Assembly: GCA_964057225.1 (NCBI GenBank)
Contig: OZ059900.1
Coordinates: forward strand, 8,494,001-8,558,000
DNA length: 64,000 bases
From: Auanema rhodensis
Taxonomy: Eukaryota; Animalia; Nematoda
Direction: 5' to 3'
Position 1 is the first letter of the stretch. Each line of letters opens with the position of its first letter. Positions 12,401 to 27,700 of the stretch are shown in pieces. The notes under the pieces were generated by a model. That model had not been told where the DNA came from. It did no database searches and saw nothing but the letters and a program-made list of their open reading frames with translations. A program made the position numbers and the translations under genes.

Positions 12401-15400
12401 CCAATAATTCTTGATATTTTCGGTCCTTTTTGACCAAAGCGGTTAAAATTGAACATATATATGTGAAAATAGTCAAAGTTTATGAATCCTGAATTTCAAA
12501 TCCATATCTCAAAGGGTCTGATCAAAACATACAGTTTTCACATGTTTTGTACCCAAAATCGTTGAATATATGGCGTTTTGAGCATAAAAAGGCCCATATT
12601 TCAATCAGTTTTGATATTTGTGCAAAATAGACCTATATGAACATTCTATGACAGTATTTCATACATTTAGTCGTTTTAGAAGAAAAAAATATGCTTAAGA
12701 TCAAAAGTTTGACTGATTTAGCCAAAATGCCCTTCAAACCCCAAAAAACCAATAATTCTTGATATTTTCGGTCCTTTTTGACCAAAGTGGTTAAAATTGG
12801 ACATATATATGTAAAAATAGTCGAAGTTTATGAATCCTGAATTTCAAATCCATATCTCAAAGGGTCTGATCAAAACATACAGTTTTCACATGTTTTGTAC
12901 CCAAAATCGTTGAATATATGGCGTTTTGAGCATAAAAAGGCCCATATTTCAATCAGTTTCGATATTCTTGCAAGATACACCTATATGAACATTCTATGAC
13001 AGTATTTCATACATTTAGTCGTTTTAGAAGAAAAAAATATGCTTAAGATCAAAAGTTTGACTGATTTTGCCAAAATGCCCTTCAATCCCCAAAAAACCAA
13101 TAATTCTTGATATTTTTGGTCCTTTTTGACCAAAGTGGTTAAAATTGGACATATATATGTAAAAATAGTCAAAGTTTATGAATCCTGAATTTCAAATCCA
13201 TATCTCAAAGGGTCTGATCAAAACATACAGTTTTCACATGTTTTGTACCCAAAATCGTTGAATATATGGCGTTTTGAGCATAAAAAGGCCCATATTTCAA
13301 TCAGTTTCGATATTCGTGCAAAATACACCTATATCAACATTCTATGACAGTATTCCATACATTTAGTCGTTTTAGAAGAAAAAAATATGCTTAAGATCAA
13401 AAGTTTGACTGATTTAGCCAAAATGCCCTTCAATCCCCAAAAAACCAATAATTCTTGATATTTTCGGTCCTTTTCGACCAAAGTGGTTAAAATTGGACAT
13501 ATATATGTGAAAATAGTCAAAGTTTATGAATCCTGAATTTCAAATCCATATCTCAAAGGGTCTGATCAAAACATACAGTTTTCACATGTTTTGTACCCAA
13601 AATCGTTGAATATATGGCGTTTTGAGCATAAAAAGGCCCATATTTCAATCAGTTTTGATATTCGTGCAAAACACACCTATATGAACATTCTATGACAGTA
13701 TTTCATACATTTAGTCGTTTTAGAAGAAAAAAATATGCTTAAGATCAAAAGTTTGACTGATTTTGCCAAAATGTCCTTCAAACCCCAAAAAACCAATAAT
13801 TCTTGATATTTTCGGTCCTTTTTGACCAAAGCGGTTAAAATTGAACATATATATGTGAAAATAGTCAAAGTTTATGAATCCTGAATTTCAAATCCATATC
13901 TCAAAGGGTCTGATCAAAACATACAGTTTTCACATGTTTTGTACCCAAAATCGTTGAATATATGGCGTTTTGAGCATAAAAAGGCCCATATTTCAATCAG
14001 TTTTGATATTTGTGCAAAATAGACCTATATGAACATTCTATGACAGTATTTCATACATTTAGTCGTTTTAGAAGAAAAAAATATGCTTAAGATCAAAAGT
14101 TTGACTGATTTAGCCAAAATGCCCTTCAATCCCCAAAAAACCAATAATTCTTGATATTTTCGGTCCTTTTCGACCAAAGTGGTTAAAATTGGACATATAT
14201 ATGTGAAAATAGTCAAAGTTTATGAATCCTGAATTTCAAATCCATATCTCAAAGGGTCTGATCAAAACATACAGTTTTCACATGTTTTGTACCCAAAATC
14301 GTTGAATATATGGCGTTTTGAGCATAAAAAGGCCCATATTTCAATCAGTTTTGATATTCGTGCAAAACACACCTATATGAACATTCTATGACAGTATTTC
14401 ATACATTTAGTCGTTTTAGAAGAAAAAAATATGCTTAAGATCAAAAGTTTGACTGATTTTGCCAAAATGTCCTTCAAACCCCAAAAAACCAATAATTCTT
14501 GATATTTTCGGTCCTTTTTGACCAAAGCGGTTAAAATTGAACATATATATGTGAAAATAGTCAAAGTTTATGAATCCTGAATTTCAAATCCATATCTCAA
14601 AGGGTCTGATCAAAACATACAGTTTTCACATGTTTTGTACCCAAAATCGTTGAATATATGGCGTTTTGAGCATAAAAAGGCCCATATTTCAATCAGTTTT
14701 GATATTTGTGCAAAATAGACCTATATGAACATTCTATGACAGTATTTCATACATTTAGTCGTTTTAGAAGAAAAAAATATGCTTAAGATCAAAAGTTTGA
14801 CTGATTTAGCCAAAATGCCCTTCAAACCCCAAAAAACCAATAATTCTTGATATTTTCGGTCCTTTTTGACCAAAGTGGTTAAAATTGGACATATATATGT
14901 AAAAATAGTCGAAGTTTATGAATCCTGAATTTCAAATCCTTATCTCAAAGGGTCTGATCAAAACATACAGTTTTCACATGTTTTGTACCCAAAATCGTTG
15001 AATATATGGCGTTTTGAGCATAAAAAGGCCCATATTTCAATCAGTTTCGATATTCGTGCAAAATACACCTATATCAACATTCTATGACAGTATTCCATAC
15101 ATTTAGTCGTTTTAGAAGAAAAAAATATGCTTAAGATCAAAAGTTTGACTGATTTAGCCAAAATGCCCTTCAATCCCCAAAAAACCAATAATTCTTGATA
15201 TTTTCGGTCCTTTTCGACCAAAGTGGTTAAAATTGGACATATATATGTGAAAATAGTCAAAGTTTATGAATCCTGAATTTCAAATCCATATCTCAAAGGG
15301 TCTGATCAAAACATACAGTTTTCACATGTTTTGTACCCAAAATCGTTGAATATATGGCGTTTTGAGCATAAAAAGGCCCATATTTCAATCAGTTTTGATA

Positions 15401-15664
15401 TTCGTGCAAAACACACCTATATGAACATTCTATGACAGTATTTCATACATTTAGTCGTTTTAGAAGAAAAAAATATGCTTAAGATCAAAAGTTTGACTGA
15501 TTTTGCCAAAATGTCCTTCAAACCCCAAAAAACCAATAATTCTTGATATTTTCGGTCCTTTTTGACCAAAGTGGTTAAAATTGGACATATATATGTAAAA
15601 ATAGTCGAAGTTTATGAATCCTGAATTTCAAATCCATATCTCAAAGGGTCTGATCAAAACATAC
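9401..15664. repeat. Local 3-monomer (1044-bp) higher-order repeat, with interruptions
   Basis: Monomer types cycle as [mostly TAGAC, with TTTTTGGT or GTCGAAG] - [TTTTCGACC] - [AAAGCGG/ATGTCC] across M28-M45. TTTTCGACC monomers start at 9749, 10793 and 11837, then at 13229, 13925 (chimera) and 14969. Confidence 0.88.
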
Positions 15665-18600
15665 AGTTTTCACATGTTTTGTACCCAAAATCGTTGAATA
15701 TATGGCGTTTTGAGCATAAAAAGGCCCATATTTCAATCAGTTTCGATATTCTTGCAAAATACACCTATATCAACATTCTATGACAGTATTCCATACATTT
15801 AGTCGTTTTAGAAGAAAAAAATATGCTTAAGATCAAAAGTTTGACTGATTTTGCCAAAATGCCCTTCAATCCCCAAAAAACCAATAATTCTTGATATTTT
15901 CGGTCCTTCTTGACCAAAGTGGTTAAAATTGAACATATATATGTAAAAATAGTCAAAGTATTAATCCTGAATTTAAAATCCATATCTCAAAGGATCTGAT
16001 CAAAACATACAGTTTTCACATGTTTTGTACCCAAAATCGTTGAATATATGGCGTTTTGAGCATAAAAAGGCCCATATTTCAATCAGTTTTGATATTCGTG
16101 CAAAATACACCTATATGAACATTCTATGACAGTATTTCATACATTTAGTCGTTTTAGAAGAAAAAAATATGCTTAAGATCAAAAGTTTGACTGATTTAGC
16201 CAAAATGCCCTTCAAACCCCAAAAAACCAATAATTCTTGATATTTTCGGTCCTTTTTGACCAAAGTGGTTAAAATTGAACATATATATGTAAAAATAGTC
16301 AAAGTTTATGAATCCTGAATTTCAAATCCATATCTCAAAGGGTCTGATCAAAACATACAGTTTTCACATGTTTTGTACCCAAAATCGTTGAATATATGGC
16401 GTTTTGAGCATAAAAAGGCCCATATTTCAATCAGTTTCGATATTCGTGCAAAATACACCTATATCAACATTCTATGACAGTATTCCATACATTTAGTCGT
16501 TTTAGAAGAAAAAAATATGCTTAAGATCAAAAGTTTGACTGATTTTGCCAAAATGCCCTTCAATCCCCAAAAAACCAATAATTCTTGATATTTTCGGTCC
16601 CTCTTGACCAAAGTGGTTAAAATTGAACATATATATGTAAAAATAGTCAAAGTTTATGAATCCTGAATTTAAAATCCATATCTCAAAGGGTCTGATCAAA
16701 ACATACAGTTTTCACATGTTTTGTACCCAAAATCGTTGAATATATGGCGTTTTGAGCATAAAAAGGCCCATATTTCAATCAGTTTTGATATTCGTGCAAA
16801 ACACACCTATATGAACATTCTATGACAGTATTTCATACATTTAGTCGTTTTAGAAGAAAAAAATATGCTTAAGATCAAAAGTTTGACTGATTTTGCCAAA
16901 ATGTCCTTCAAACCCCAAAAAACCAATAATTCTTGATATTTTCGGTCCTTTTTGACCAAAGCGGTTAAAATTGAACATATATATGTGAAAATAGTCAAAG
17001 TTTATGAATCCTGAATTTCAAATCCATATCTCAAAGGGTCTGATCAAAACATACAGTTTTCACATGTTTTGTACCCAAAATCGTTGAATATATGGCGTTT
17101 TGAGCATAAAAAGGCCCATATTTCAATCAGTTTTGATATTTGTGCAAAATAGACCTATATGAACATTCTATGACAGTATTTCATACATTTAGTCGTTTTA
17201 GAAGAAAAAAATATGCTTAAGATCAAAAGTTTGACTGATTTAGCCAAAATGCCCTTCAAACCCCAAAAAACCAATAATTCTTGATATTTTCGGTCCTTTT
17301 TGACCAAAGTGGTTAAAATTGGACATATATATGTAAAAATAGTCGAAGTTTATGAATCCTGAATTTCAAATCCATATCTCAAAGGGTCTGATCAAAACAT
17401 ACAGTTTTCACATGTTTTGTACCCAAAATCGTTGAATATATGGCGTTTTGAGCATAAAAAGGCCCATATTTCAATCAGTTTCGATATTCTTGCAAAATAC
17501 ACCTATATCAACATTCTATGACAGTATTCCATACATTTAGTCGTTTTAGAAGAAAAAAATATGCTTAAGATCAAAAGTTTGACTGATTTTGCCAAAATGC
17601 CCTTCAATCCCCAAAAAACCAATAATTCTTGATATTTTCGGTCCTTCTTGACCAAAGTGGTTAAAATTGAACATATATATGTAAAAATAGTCAAAGTATT
17701 AATCCTGAATTTAAAATCCATATCTCAAAGGGTCTGATCAAAACATACAGTTTTCACATGTTTTGTACCCAAAATCGTTGAATATATGGCGTTTTGAGCA
17801 TAAAAAGGCCCATATTTCAATCAGTTTTGATATTCGTGCAAAATACACCTATATGAACATTCTATGACAGTATTTCATACATTTAGTCGTTTTAGAAGAA
17901 AAAAATATGCTTAAGATCAAAAGTTTGACTGATTTAGCCAAAATGCCCTTCAAACCCCAAAAAACCAATAATTCTTGATATTTTCGGTCCTTTTTGACCA
18001 AAGTGGTTAAAATTGGACATAAATATGTAAAAATAGTCAAAGTTTATGAATCCTGAATTTCAAATCCATATCTCAAAGGGTCTGATCAAAACATACAGTT
18101 TTCACATGTTTTGTACCCAAAATCGTTGAATATATGGCGTTTTGAGCATAAAAAGGCCCATATTTCAATCAGTTTCGATATTCGTGCAAAATACACCTAT
18201 ATCAACATTCTATGACAGTATTCCATACATTTAGTCGTTTTAGAAGAAAAAAATATGCTTAAGATCAAAAGTTTGACTGATTTTGCCAAAATGCCCTTCA
18301 ATCCCCAAAAAACCAATAATTCTTGATATTTTCGGTCCTTTTTGACCAAAGTGGTTAAAATTGAACATATATATGTAAAAATAGTCAAAGTTTATGAATC
18401 CTGAATTTCAAATCCATATCTCAAAGGGTCTGATCAAAACATACAGTTTTCACATGTTTTGTACCCAAAATCGTTGAATATATGGCGTTTTGAGCATAAA
18501 AAGGCCCATATTTCAATCAGTTTCGATATTCGTGCAAAATACACCTATATCAACATTCTATGACAGTATTCCATACATTTAGTCGTTTTAGAAGAAAAAA

Positions 18601-20880
18601 ATATGCTTAAGATCAAAAGTTTGACTGATTTTGCCAAAATGCCCTTCAATCCCCAAAAAACCAATAATTCTTGATATTTTCGGTCCTTTTTGACCAAAGT
18701 GGTTAAAATTGAACATATATATGTAAAAATAGTCAAAGTTTATGAATCCTGAATTTCCAATCCATATCTCAAAGGGTCTGATCAAAACATACAGTTTTCA
18801 CATGTTTTGTACCCAAAATCGTTGAATATATGGCGTTTTGAGCATAAAAAGGCCCATATTTCAATCAGTTTTGATATTTGTGCAAAATAGACCTATATGA
18901 ACATTCTATGACAGTATTTCATACATTTAGTCGTTTTAGAAGAAAAAAATATGCTTAAGATCAAAAGTTTGACTGATTTTGCCAAAATGCCCTTCAATCC
19001 CCAAAAAACCAATAATTCTTGATATTTTCGGTCCTTTTTGACCAAAGTGGTTAAAATTGGACATATATATGTAAAAATAGTCAAAGTTTATGAATCCTGA
19101 ATTTCAAATCCATATCTCAAAGGGTCTGATCAAAACATACAGTTTTCACATGTTTTGTACCCAAAATCGTTGAATATATGGCGTTTTGAGCATAAAAAGG
19201 CCCATATTTCAATCAGTTTCGATATTCGTGCAAAATACACCTATATCAACATTTTATGACAGTATTTCATACATTTAGTCGTTTTAGAAGAAAAAAATAT
19301 GCTTAAGATCAGAAGTTTGACTGATTTTGCCAAAATGCCCTTCAATCCCCAAAAAACCAATAATTCTTGATATTTTCGGTCCTTTTTGACCAAAGTGGTT
19401 AAAATTGGACATAAACATGTAAAAATAGTCAAAGTTTATGAATCCTGAATTTCAAATCCATATCTCAAAGGGTCTGATCAAAACATACAGTTTTCACATG
19501 TTTTGTACCCAAAATCGTTGAATATATGGCGTTTTGAGCATAAAAAGGCCCATATTTCAATCAGTTTTGATATTTGTGCAAAATACACCTATATGAACAT
19601 TCTATGACAGTATTTCATACATTTAGTCGTTTTAGAAGAAAAAAATATGCTTAAGATCAAAAGTTTGACTGATTTTGCCAAAATGCCCTTCAATCCCCAA
19701 AAAACCAATAATTCTTGATATTTTCGGTCCTTTTTGACCAAAGTGGTTAAAATTGGACATAAATATGTAAAAATAGTCAAAGTTTATGAATCCTGAATTT
19801 CAAATCCATATCTCAAAGGGTCTGATCAAAACATACAGTTTTCACATGTTTTGTACCCAAAATCGTTGAATATATGGCGTTTTGAGCATAAAAAGGCCCA
19901 TATTTCAATCAGTTTCGATATTCGTGCAAAATACACCTATATCAACATTCTATGACAGTATTCCATACATTTAGTCGTTTTAGAAGAAAAAAATATGCTT
20001 AAGATCAAAAGTTTGACTGATTTTGCCAAAATGCCCTTCAATCCCCAAAAAACCAATAATTCTTGATATTTTCGGTCCCTCTTGACCAAAGTGGTTAAAA
20101 TTGAACATATATATGTAAAAATAGTCAAAGTTTATGAATCCTGAATTTAAAATCCATATCTCAAAGGGTCTGATCAAAACATACAGTTTTCACATGTTTT
20201 GTACCCAAAATCGTTGAATATATGGCGTTTTGAGCATAAAAAGGCCCATATTTCAATCAGTTTTGATATTCGTGCAAAATACACCTATATGAACATTCTA
20301 TGACAGTATTTCATACATTTAGTCGTTTTAGAAGAAAAAAATATGCTTAAGATCAAAAGTTTGACTGATTTAGCCAAAATGCCCTTCAAACCCCAAAAAA
20401 CCAATAATTCTTGATATTTTCGGTCCTTTTTGACCAAAGTGGTTAAAATTGAACATATATATGTAAAAATAGTCAAAGTTTATGAATCCTGAATTTCAAA
20501 TCCATATCTCAAAGGGTCTGATCAAAACATACAGTTTTCACATGTTTTGTACCCAAAATCGTTGAATATATGGCGTTTTGAGCATAAAAAGGCCCATATT
20601 TCAATCAGTTTCGATATTCGTGCAAAATACACCTATATGAACATTCTATGACAGTATTTCATACATTTAGTCGTTTTAGAAGAAAAAAATATGCTTAAGA
20701 TCAGAAGTTTGACTGATTTTGCCAAAATGCCCTTCAATCCCCAAAAAACCAATAATTCTTGATATTTTCGGTCCTTTTTGACCAAAGTGGTTAAAATTGG
20801 ACATATATATGTAAAAATAGTCAAAGTTTATGAATCCTGAATTTCAAATCCATATCTCAAAGGGTCTGATCAAAACATAC

Positions 20881-22968
20881 AGTTTTCACATGTTTTGTAC
20901 CCAAAATCGTTGAATATATGGCGTTTTGAGCATAAAAAGGCCCATATTTCAATCAGTTTCGATATTCGTGCAAAATACACCTATATCAACATTCTATGAC
21001 AGTATTCCATACATTTAGTCGTTTTAGAAGAAAAAAATATGCTTAAGATCAAAAGTTTGACTGATTTAGCCAAAATGCCCTTCAATCCCCAAAAAACCAA
21101 TAATTCTTGATATTTTCGGTCCTTTTCGACCAAAGTGGTTAAAATTGGACATATATATGTGAAAATAGTCAAAGTTTATGAATCCTGAATTTCAAATCCA
21201 TATCTCAAAGGGTCTGATCAAAACATACAGTTTTCACATGTTTTGTACCCAAAATCGTTGAATATATGGCGTTTTGAGCATAAAAAGGCCCATATTTCAA
21301 TCAGTTTTGATATTCGTGCAAAACACACCTATATGAACATTCTATGACAGTATTTCATACATTTAGTCGTTTTAGAAGAAAAAAATATGCTTAAGATCAA
21401 AAGTTTGACTGATTTTGCCAAAATGTCCTTCAAACCCCAAAAAACCAATAATTCTTGATATTTTCGGTCCTTTTTGACCAAAGCGGTTAAAATTGAACAT
21501 ATATATGTGAAAATAGTCAAAGTTTATGAATCCTGAATTTCAAATCCATATCTCAAAGGGTCTGATCAAAACATACAGTTTTCACATGTTTTGTACCCAA
21601 AATCGTTGAATATATGGCGTTTTGAGCATAAAAAGGCCCATATTTCAATCAGTTTTGATATTTGTGCAAAATAGACCTATATGAACATTCTATGACAGTA
21701 TTTCATACATTTAGTCGTTTTAGAAGAAAAAAATATGCTTAAGATCAAAAGTTTGACTGATTTAGCCAAAATGCCCTTCAAACCCCAAAAAACCAATAAT
21801 TCTTGATATTTTCGGTCCTTTTTGACCAAAGTGGTTAAAATTGGACATATATATGTAAAAATAGTCGAAGTTTATGAATCCTGAATTTCAAATCCATATC
21901 TCAAAGGGTCTGATCAAAACATACAGTTTTCACATGTTTTGTACCCAAAATCGTTGAATATATGGCGTTTTGAGCATAAAAAGGCCCATATTTCAATCAG
22001 TTTCGATATTCGTGCAAAATACACCTATATCAACATTCTATGACAGTATTCCATACATTTAGTCGTTTTAGAAGAAAAAAATATGCTTAAGATCAAAAGT
22101 TTGACTGATTTAGCCAAAATGCCCTTCAATCCCCAAAAAACCAATAATTCTTGATATTTTCGGTCCTTTTCGACCAAAGTGGTTAAAATTGGACATATAT
22201 ATGTGAAAATAGTCAAAGTTTATGAATCCTGAATTTCAAATCCATATCTCAAAGGGTCTGATCAAAACATACAGTTTTCACATGTTTTGTACCCAAAATC
22301 GTTGAATATATGGCGTTTTGAGCATAAAAAGGCCCATATTTCAATCAGTTTTGATATTCGTGCAAAACACACCTATATGAACATTCTATGACAGTATTTC
22401 ATACATTTAGTCGTTTTAGAAGAAAAAAATATGCTTAAGATCAAAAGTTTGACTGATTTTGCCAAAATGTCCTTCAAACCCCAAAAAACCAATAATTCTT
22501 GATATTTTCGGTCCTTTTTGACCAAAGCGGTTAAAATTGAACATATATATGTGAAAATAGTCAAAGTTTATGAATCCTGAATTTCAAATCCATATCTCAA
22601 AGGGTCTGATCAAAACATACAGTTTTCACATGTTTTGTACCCAAAATCGTTGAATATATGGCGTTTTGAGCATAAAAAGGCCCATATTTCAATCAGTTTT
22701 GATATTTGTGCAAAATAGACCTATATGAACATTCTATGACAGTATTTCATACATTTAGTCGTTTTAGAAGAAAAAAATATGCTTAAGATCAAAAGTTTGA
22801 CTGATTTAGCCAAAATGCCCTTCAAACCCCAAAAAACCAATAATTCTTGATATTTTCGGTCCTTTTTGACCAAAGTGGTTAAAATTGGACATATATATGT
22901 AAAAATAGTCGAAGTTTATGAATCCTGAATTTCAAATCCATATCTCAAAGGGTCTGATCAAAACATAC
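20881..22968. repeat. Second patch of the same 3-monomer higher-order repeat (two copies, M61-M66)
   Basis: The TTTTCGACC / AAAGCGG / GTCGAAG monomer order occurs twice at 1044-bp offset (20881 and 21925). Confidence 0.88.
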
Positions 22969-24706
22969 AGTTTTCACATGTTTTGTACCCAAAATCGTTG
23001 AATATATGGCGTTTTGAGCATAAAAAGGCCCATATTTCAATCAGTTTCGATATTCTTGCAAAATACACCTATATCAACATTCTATGACAGTATTCCATAC
23101 ATTTAGTCGTTTTAGAAGAAAAAAATATGCTTAAGATCAAAAGTTTGACTGATTTTGCCAAAATGCCCTTCAATCCCCAAAAAACCAATAATTCTTGATA
23201 TTTTCGGTCCTTCTTGACCAAAGTGGTTAAAATTGAACATATATATGTAAAAATAGTCAAAGTATTAATCCTGAATTTAAAATCCATATCTCAAAGGGTC
23301 TGATCAAAACATACAGTTTTCACATGTTTTGTACCCAAAATCGTTGAATATATGGCGTTTTGAGCATAAAAAGGCCCATATTTCAATCAGTTTTGATATT
23401 CGTGCAAAATACACCTATATGAACATTCTATGACAGTATTTCATACATTTAGTCGTTTTAGAAGAAAAAAATATGCTTAAGATCAAAAGTTTGACTGATT
23501 TAGCCAAAATGCCCTTCAAACCCCAAAAAACCAATAATTCTTGATATTTTCGGTCCTTTTTGACCAAAGTGGTTAAAATTGAACATATATATGTAAAAAT
23601 AGTCAAAGTTTATGAATCCTGAATTTCAAATCCATATCTCAAAGGGTCTGATCAAAACATACAGTTTTCACATGTTTTGTACCCAAAATCGTTGAATATA
23701 TGGCGTTTTGAGCATAAAAAGGCCCATATTTCAATCAGTTTCGATATTCGTGCAAAATACACCTATATCAACATTCTATGACAGTATTCCATACATTTAG
23801 TCGTTTTAGAAGAAAAAAATATGCTTAAGATCAAAAGTTTGACTGATTTTGCCAAAATGCCCTTCAATCCCCAAAAAACCAATAATTCTTGATATTTTCG
23901 GTCCCTCTTGACCAAAGTGGTTAAAATTGAACATATATATGTAAAAATAGTCAAAGTTTATGAATCCTGAATTTAAAATCCATATCTCAAAGGGTCTGAT
24001 CAAAACATACAGTTTTCACATGTTTTGTACCCAAAATCGTTGAATATATGGCGTTTTGAGCATAAAAAGGCCCATATTTCAATCAGTTTTGATATTCGTG
24101 CAAAATACACCTATATGAACATTCTATGACAGTATTTCATACATTTAGTCGTTTTAGAAGAAAAAAATATGCTTAAGATCAAAAGTTTGACTGATTTAGC
24201 CAAAATGCCCTTCAAACCCCAAAAAACCAATAATTCTTGATATTTTCGGTCTTTTTTGACCAAAGTGGTTAAAATTGAACATATATATGTAAAAATAGTC
24301 AAAGTTTATGAATCCTGAATTTCAAATCCATATCTCAAAGGGTCTGATCAAAACATACAGTTTTCACATGTTTTGTACCCAAAATCGTTGAATATATGGC
24401 GTTTTGAGCATAAAAAGGCCCATATTTCAATCAGTTTCGATATTCGTGCAAAATACACCTATATCAACATTCTATGACAGTATACCATACATTTAGTCGT
24501 TTTAGAAAAAAAAAATATGCTTAAGATCAAAAGTTTGACTGATTTAGCCAAAATGTCCTTCAAACCCCAAAAAACCAATAATTCTTGATATTTTCGGTCC
24601 TTTTTGACCAAAGTGGTTAAAATTGAACATATATATGTAAAAATAGTCAAAGTTTATGAATCCTGAATTTCAAATCCATATCTCAAAGGGTCTGATCAAA
24701 ACATAC

Positions 24707-27700
24707 AGTTTTCACATGTTTTGTACCCAAAATCGTTGAATATATGGCGTTTTGAGCATAAAAAGGCCCATATTTCAATCAGTTTTGATATTTGTGCAAA
24801 ATACACCTATATGAACATTCTATGACAGTATTTCATACATTTAGTCGTTTTAGAAGAAAAAAATATGCTTAAGATCAGAAGTTTGACTGATTTTGCCAAA
24901 ATGCCCTTCAATCCCCAAAAAACCAATAATTCTTGATATTTTCGGTCCTTTTTGACCAAAGTGGTTAAAATTGGACATAAACATGTAAAAATAGTCAAAG
25001 TTTATGAATCCTGAATTTCAAATCCATATCTCAAAGGGTCTGATCAAAACATACAGTTTTCACATGTTTTGTACCCAAAATCGTTGAATATATGGCGTTT
25101 TGAGCATAAAAAGGCCCATATTTCAATCAGTTTTGATATTTGTGCAAAATACACCTATATGAACATTCTATGACAGTATTTCATACATTTAGTCGTTTTA
25201 GAAGAAAAAAATATGCTTAAGATCAAAAGTTTGACTGATTTTGCCAAAATGCCCTTCAATCCCCAAAAAACCAATAATTCTTGATATTTTCGGTCCTTTT
25301 TGACCAAAGTGGTTAAAATTGGACATAAATATGTAAAAATAGTCAAAGTTTATGAATCCTGAATTTCAAATCCATATCTCAAAGGGTCTGATCAAAACAT
25401 ACAGTTTTCACATGTTTTGTACCCAAAATCGTTGAATATATGGCGTTTTGAGCATAAAAAGGCCCATATTTCAATCAGTTTCGATATTCGTGCAAAATAC
25501 ACCTATATCAACATTCTATGACAGTATTCCATACATTTAGTCGTTTTAGAAGAAAAAAATATGCTTAAGATCAAAAGTTTGACTGATTTTGCCAAAATGC
25601 CCTTCAATCCCCAAAAAACCAATAATTCTTGATATTTTCGGTCCTTTTTGACCAAAGTGGTTAAAATTGAACATATATATGTGAAAATAGTCAAAGTTTA
25701 TGAATCCTGAATTTCAAATCCATATCTCAAAGGGTCTGATCAAAACATACAGTTTTCACATGTTTTGTACCCAAAATCGTTGAATATATGGCGTTTTGAG
25801 CATAAAAAGGCCCATATTTCAATCAGTTTTGATATTTGTGCAAAATAGACCTATATGAACATTCTATGACAGTATTTCATACATTTAGTCGTTTTAGAAG
25901 AAAAAAATATGCTTAAGATCAAAAGTTTGACTGATTTTGCCAAAATGCCCTTCAATCCCCAAAAAACCAATAATTCTTGATATTTTCGGTCCTTTTTGAC
26001 CAAAGTGGTTAAAATTGAACATATATATGTAAAAATAGTCAAAGTTTATGAATCCTGAATTTCCAATCCATATCTCAAAGGGTCTGATCAAAACATACAG
26101 TTTTCACATGTTTTGTACCCAAAATCGTTGAATATATGGCGTTTTGAGCATAAAAAGGCCCATATTTCAATCAGTTTTGATATTTGTGCAAAATAGACCT
26201 ATATGAACATTCTATGACAGTATTTCATACATTTAGTCGTTTTAGAAGAAAAAAATATGCTTAAGATCAAAAGTTTGACTGATTTTGCCAAAATGCCCTT
26301 CAATCCCCAAAAAACCAATAATTCTTGATATTTTCGGTCCTTTTTGACCAAAGTGGTTAAAATTGGACATATATATGTGAAAATAGTCAAAGTTTATGAA
26401 TCCTGAATTTCAAATCCATATCTCAAAGGGTCTGATCAAAACATACAGTTTTCACATGTTTTGTACCCAAAATCGTTGAATATATGGCGTTTTGAGCATA
26501 AAAAGGCCCATATTTCAATCAGTTTCGATATTCGTGCAAAATACACCTATATCAACATTCTATGACAGTATTTCATACATTTAGTCGTTTTAGAAGAAAA
26601 AAATATGCTTAAGATCAGAAGTTTGACTGATTTTGCCAAAATGCCCTTCAATCCCCAAAAAACCAATAATTCTTGATATTTTCGGTCCTTTTTGACCAAA
26701 GTGGTTAAAATTGGACATAAACATGTAAAAATAGTCAAAGTTTATGAATCCTGAATTTCAAATCCATATCTCAAAGGGTCTGATCAAAACATACAGTTTT
26801 CACATGTTTTGTACCCAAAATCGTTGAATATATGGCGTTTTGAGCATAAAAAGGCCCATATTTCAATCAGTTTTGATATTTGTGCAAAATACACCTATAT
26901 GAACATTCTATGACAGTATTTCATACATTTAGTCGTTTTAGAAGAAAAAAATATGCTTAAGATCAAAAGTTTGACTGATTTTGCCAAAATGCCCTTCAAT
27001 CCCCAAAAAACCAATAATTCTTGATATTTTCGGTCCTTTTTGACCAAAGTGGTTAAAATTGGACATAAATATGTAAAAATAGTCAAAGTTTATGAATCCT
27101 GAATTTCAAATCCATATCTCAAAGGGTCTGATCAAAACATACAGTTTTCACATGTTTTGTACCCAAAATCGTTGAATATATGGCGTTTTGAGCATAAAAA
27201 GGCCCATATTTCAATCAGTTTCGATATTCGTGCAAAATACACCTATATCAACATTCTATGACAGTATTCCATACATTTAGTCGTTTTAGAAGAAAAAAAT
27301 ATGCTTAAGATCAAAAGTTTGACTGATTTTGCCAAAATGCCCTTCAATCCCCAAAAAACCAATAATTCTTGATATTTTCGGTCCTTTTTGACCAAAGTGG
27401 TTAAAATTGAACATATATATGTAAAAATAGTCAAAGTTTATGAATCCTGAATTTCAAATCCATATCTCAAAGGGTCTGATCAAAACATACAGTTTTCACA
27501 TGTTTTGTACCCAAAATCGTTGAATATATGGCGTTTTGAGCATAAAAAGGCCCATATTTCAATCAGTTTCGATATTCGTGCAAAATACACCTATATCAAC
27601 ATTCTATGACAGTATTCCATACATTTAGTCGTTTTAGAAGAAAAAAATATGCTTAAGATCAAAAGTTTGACTGATTTTGCCAAAATGCCCTTCAATCCCC

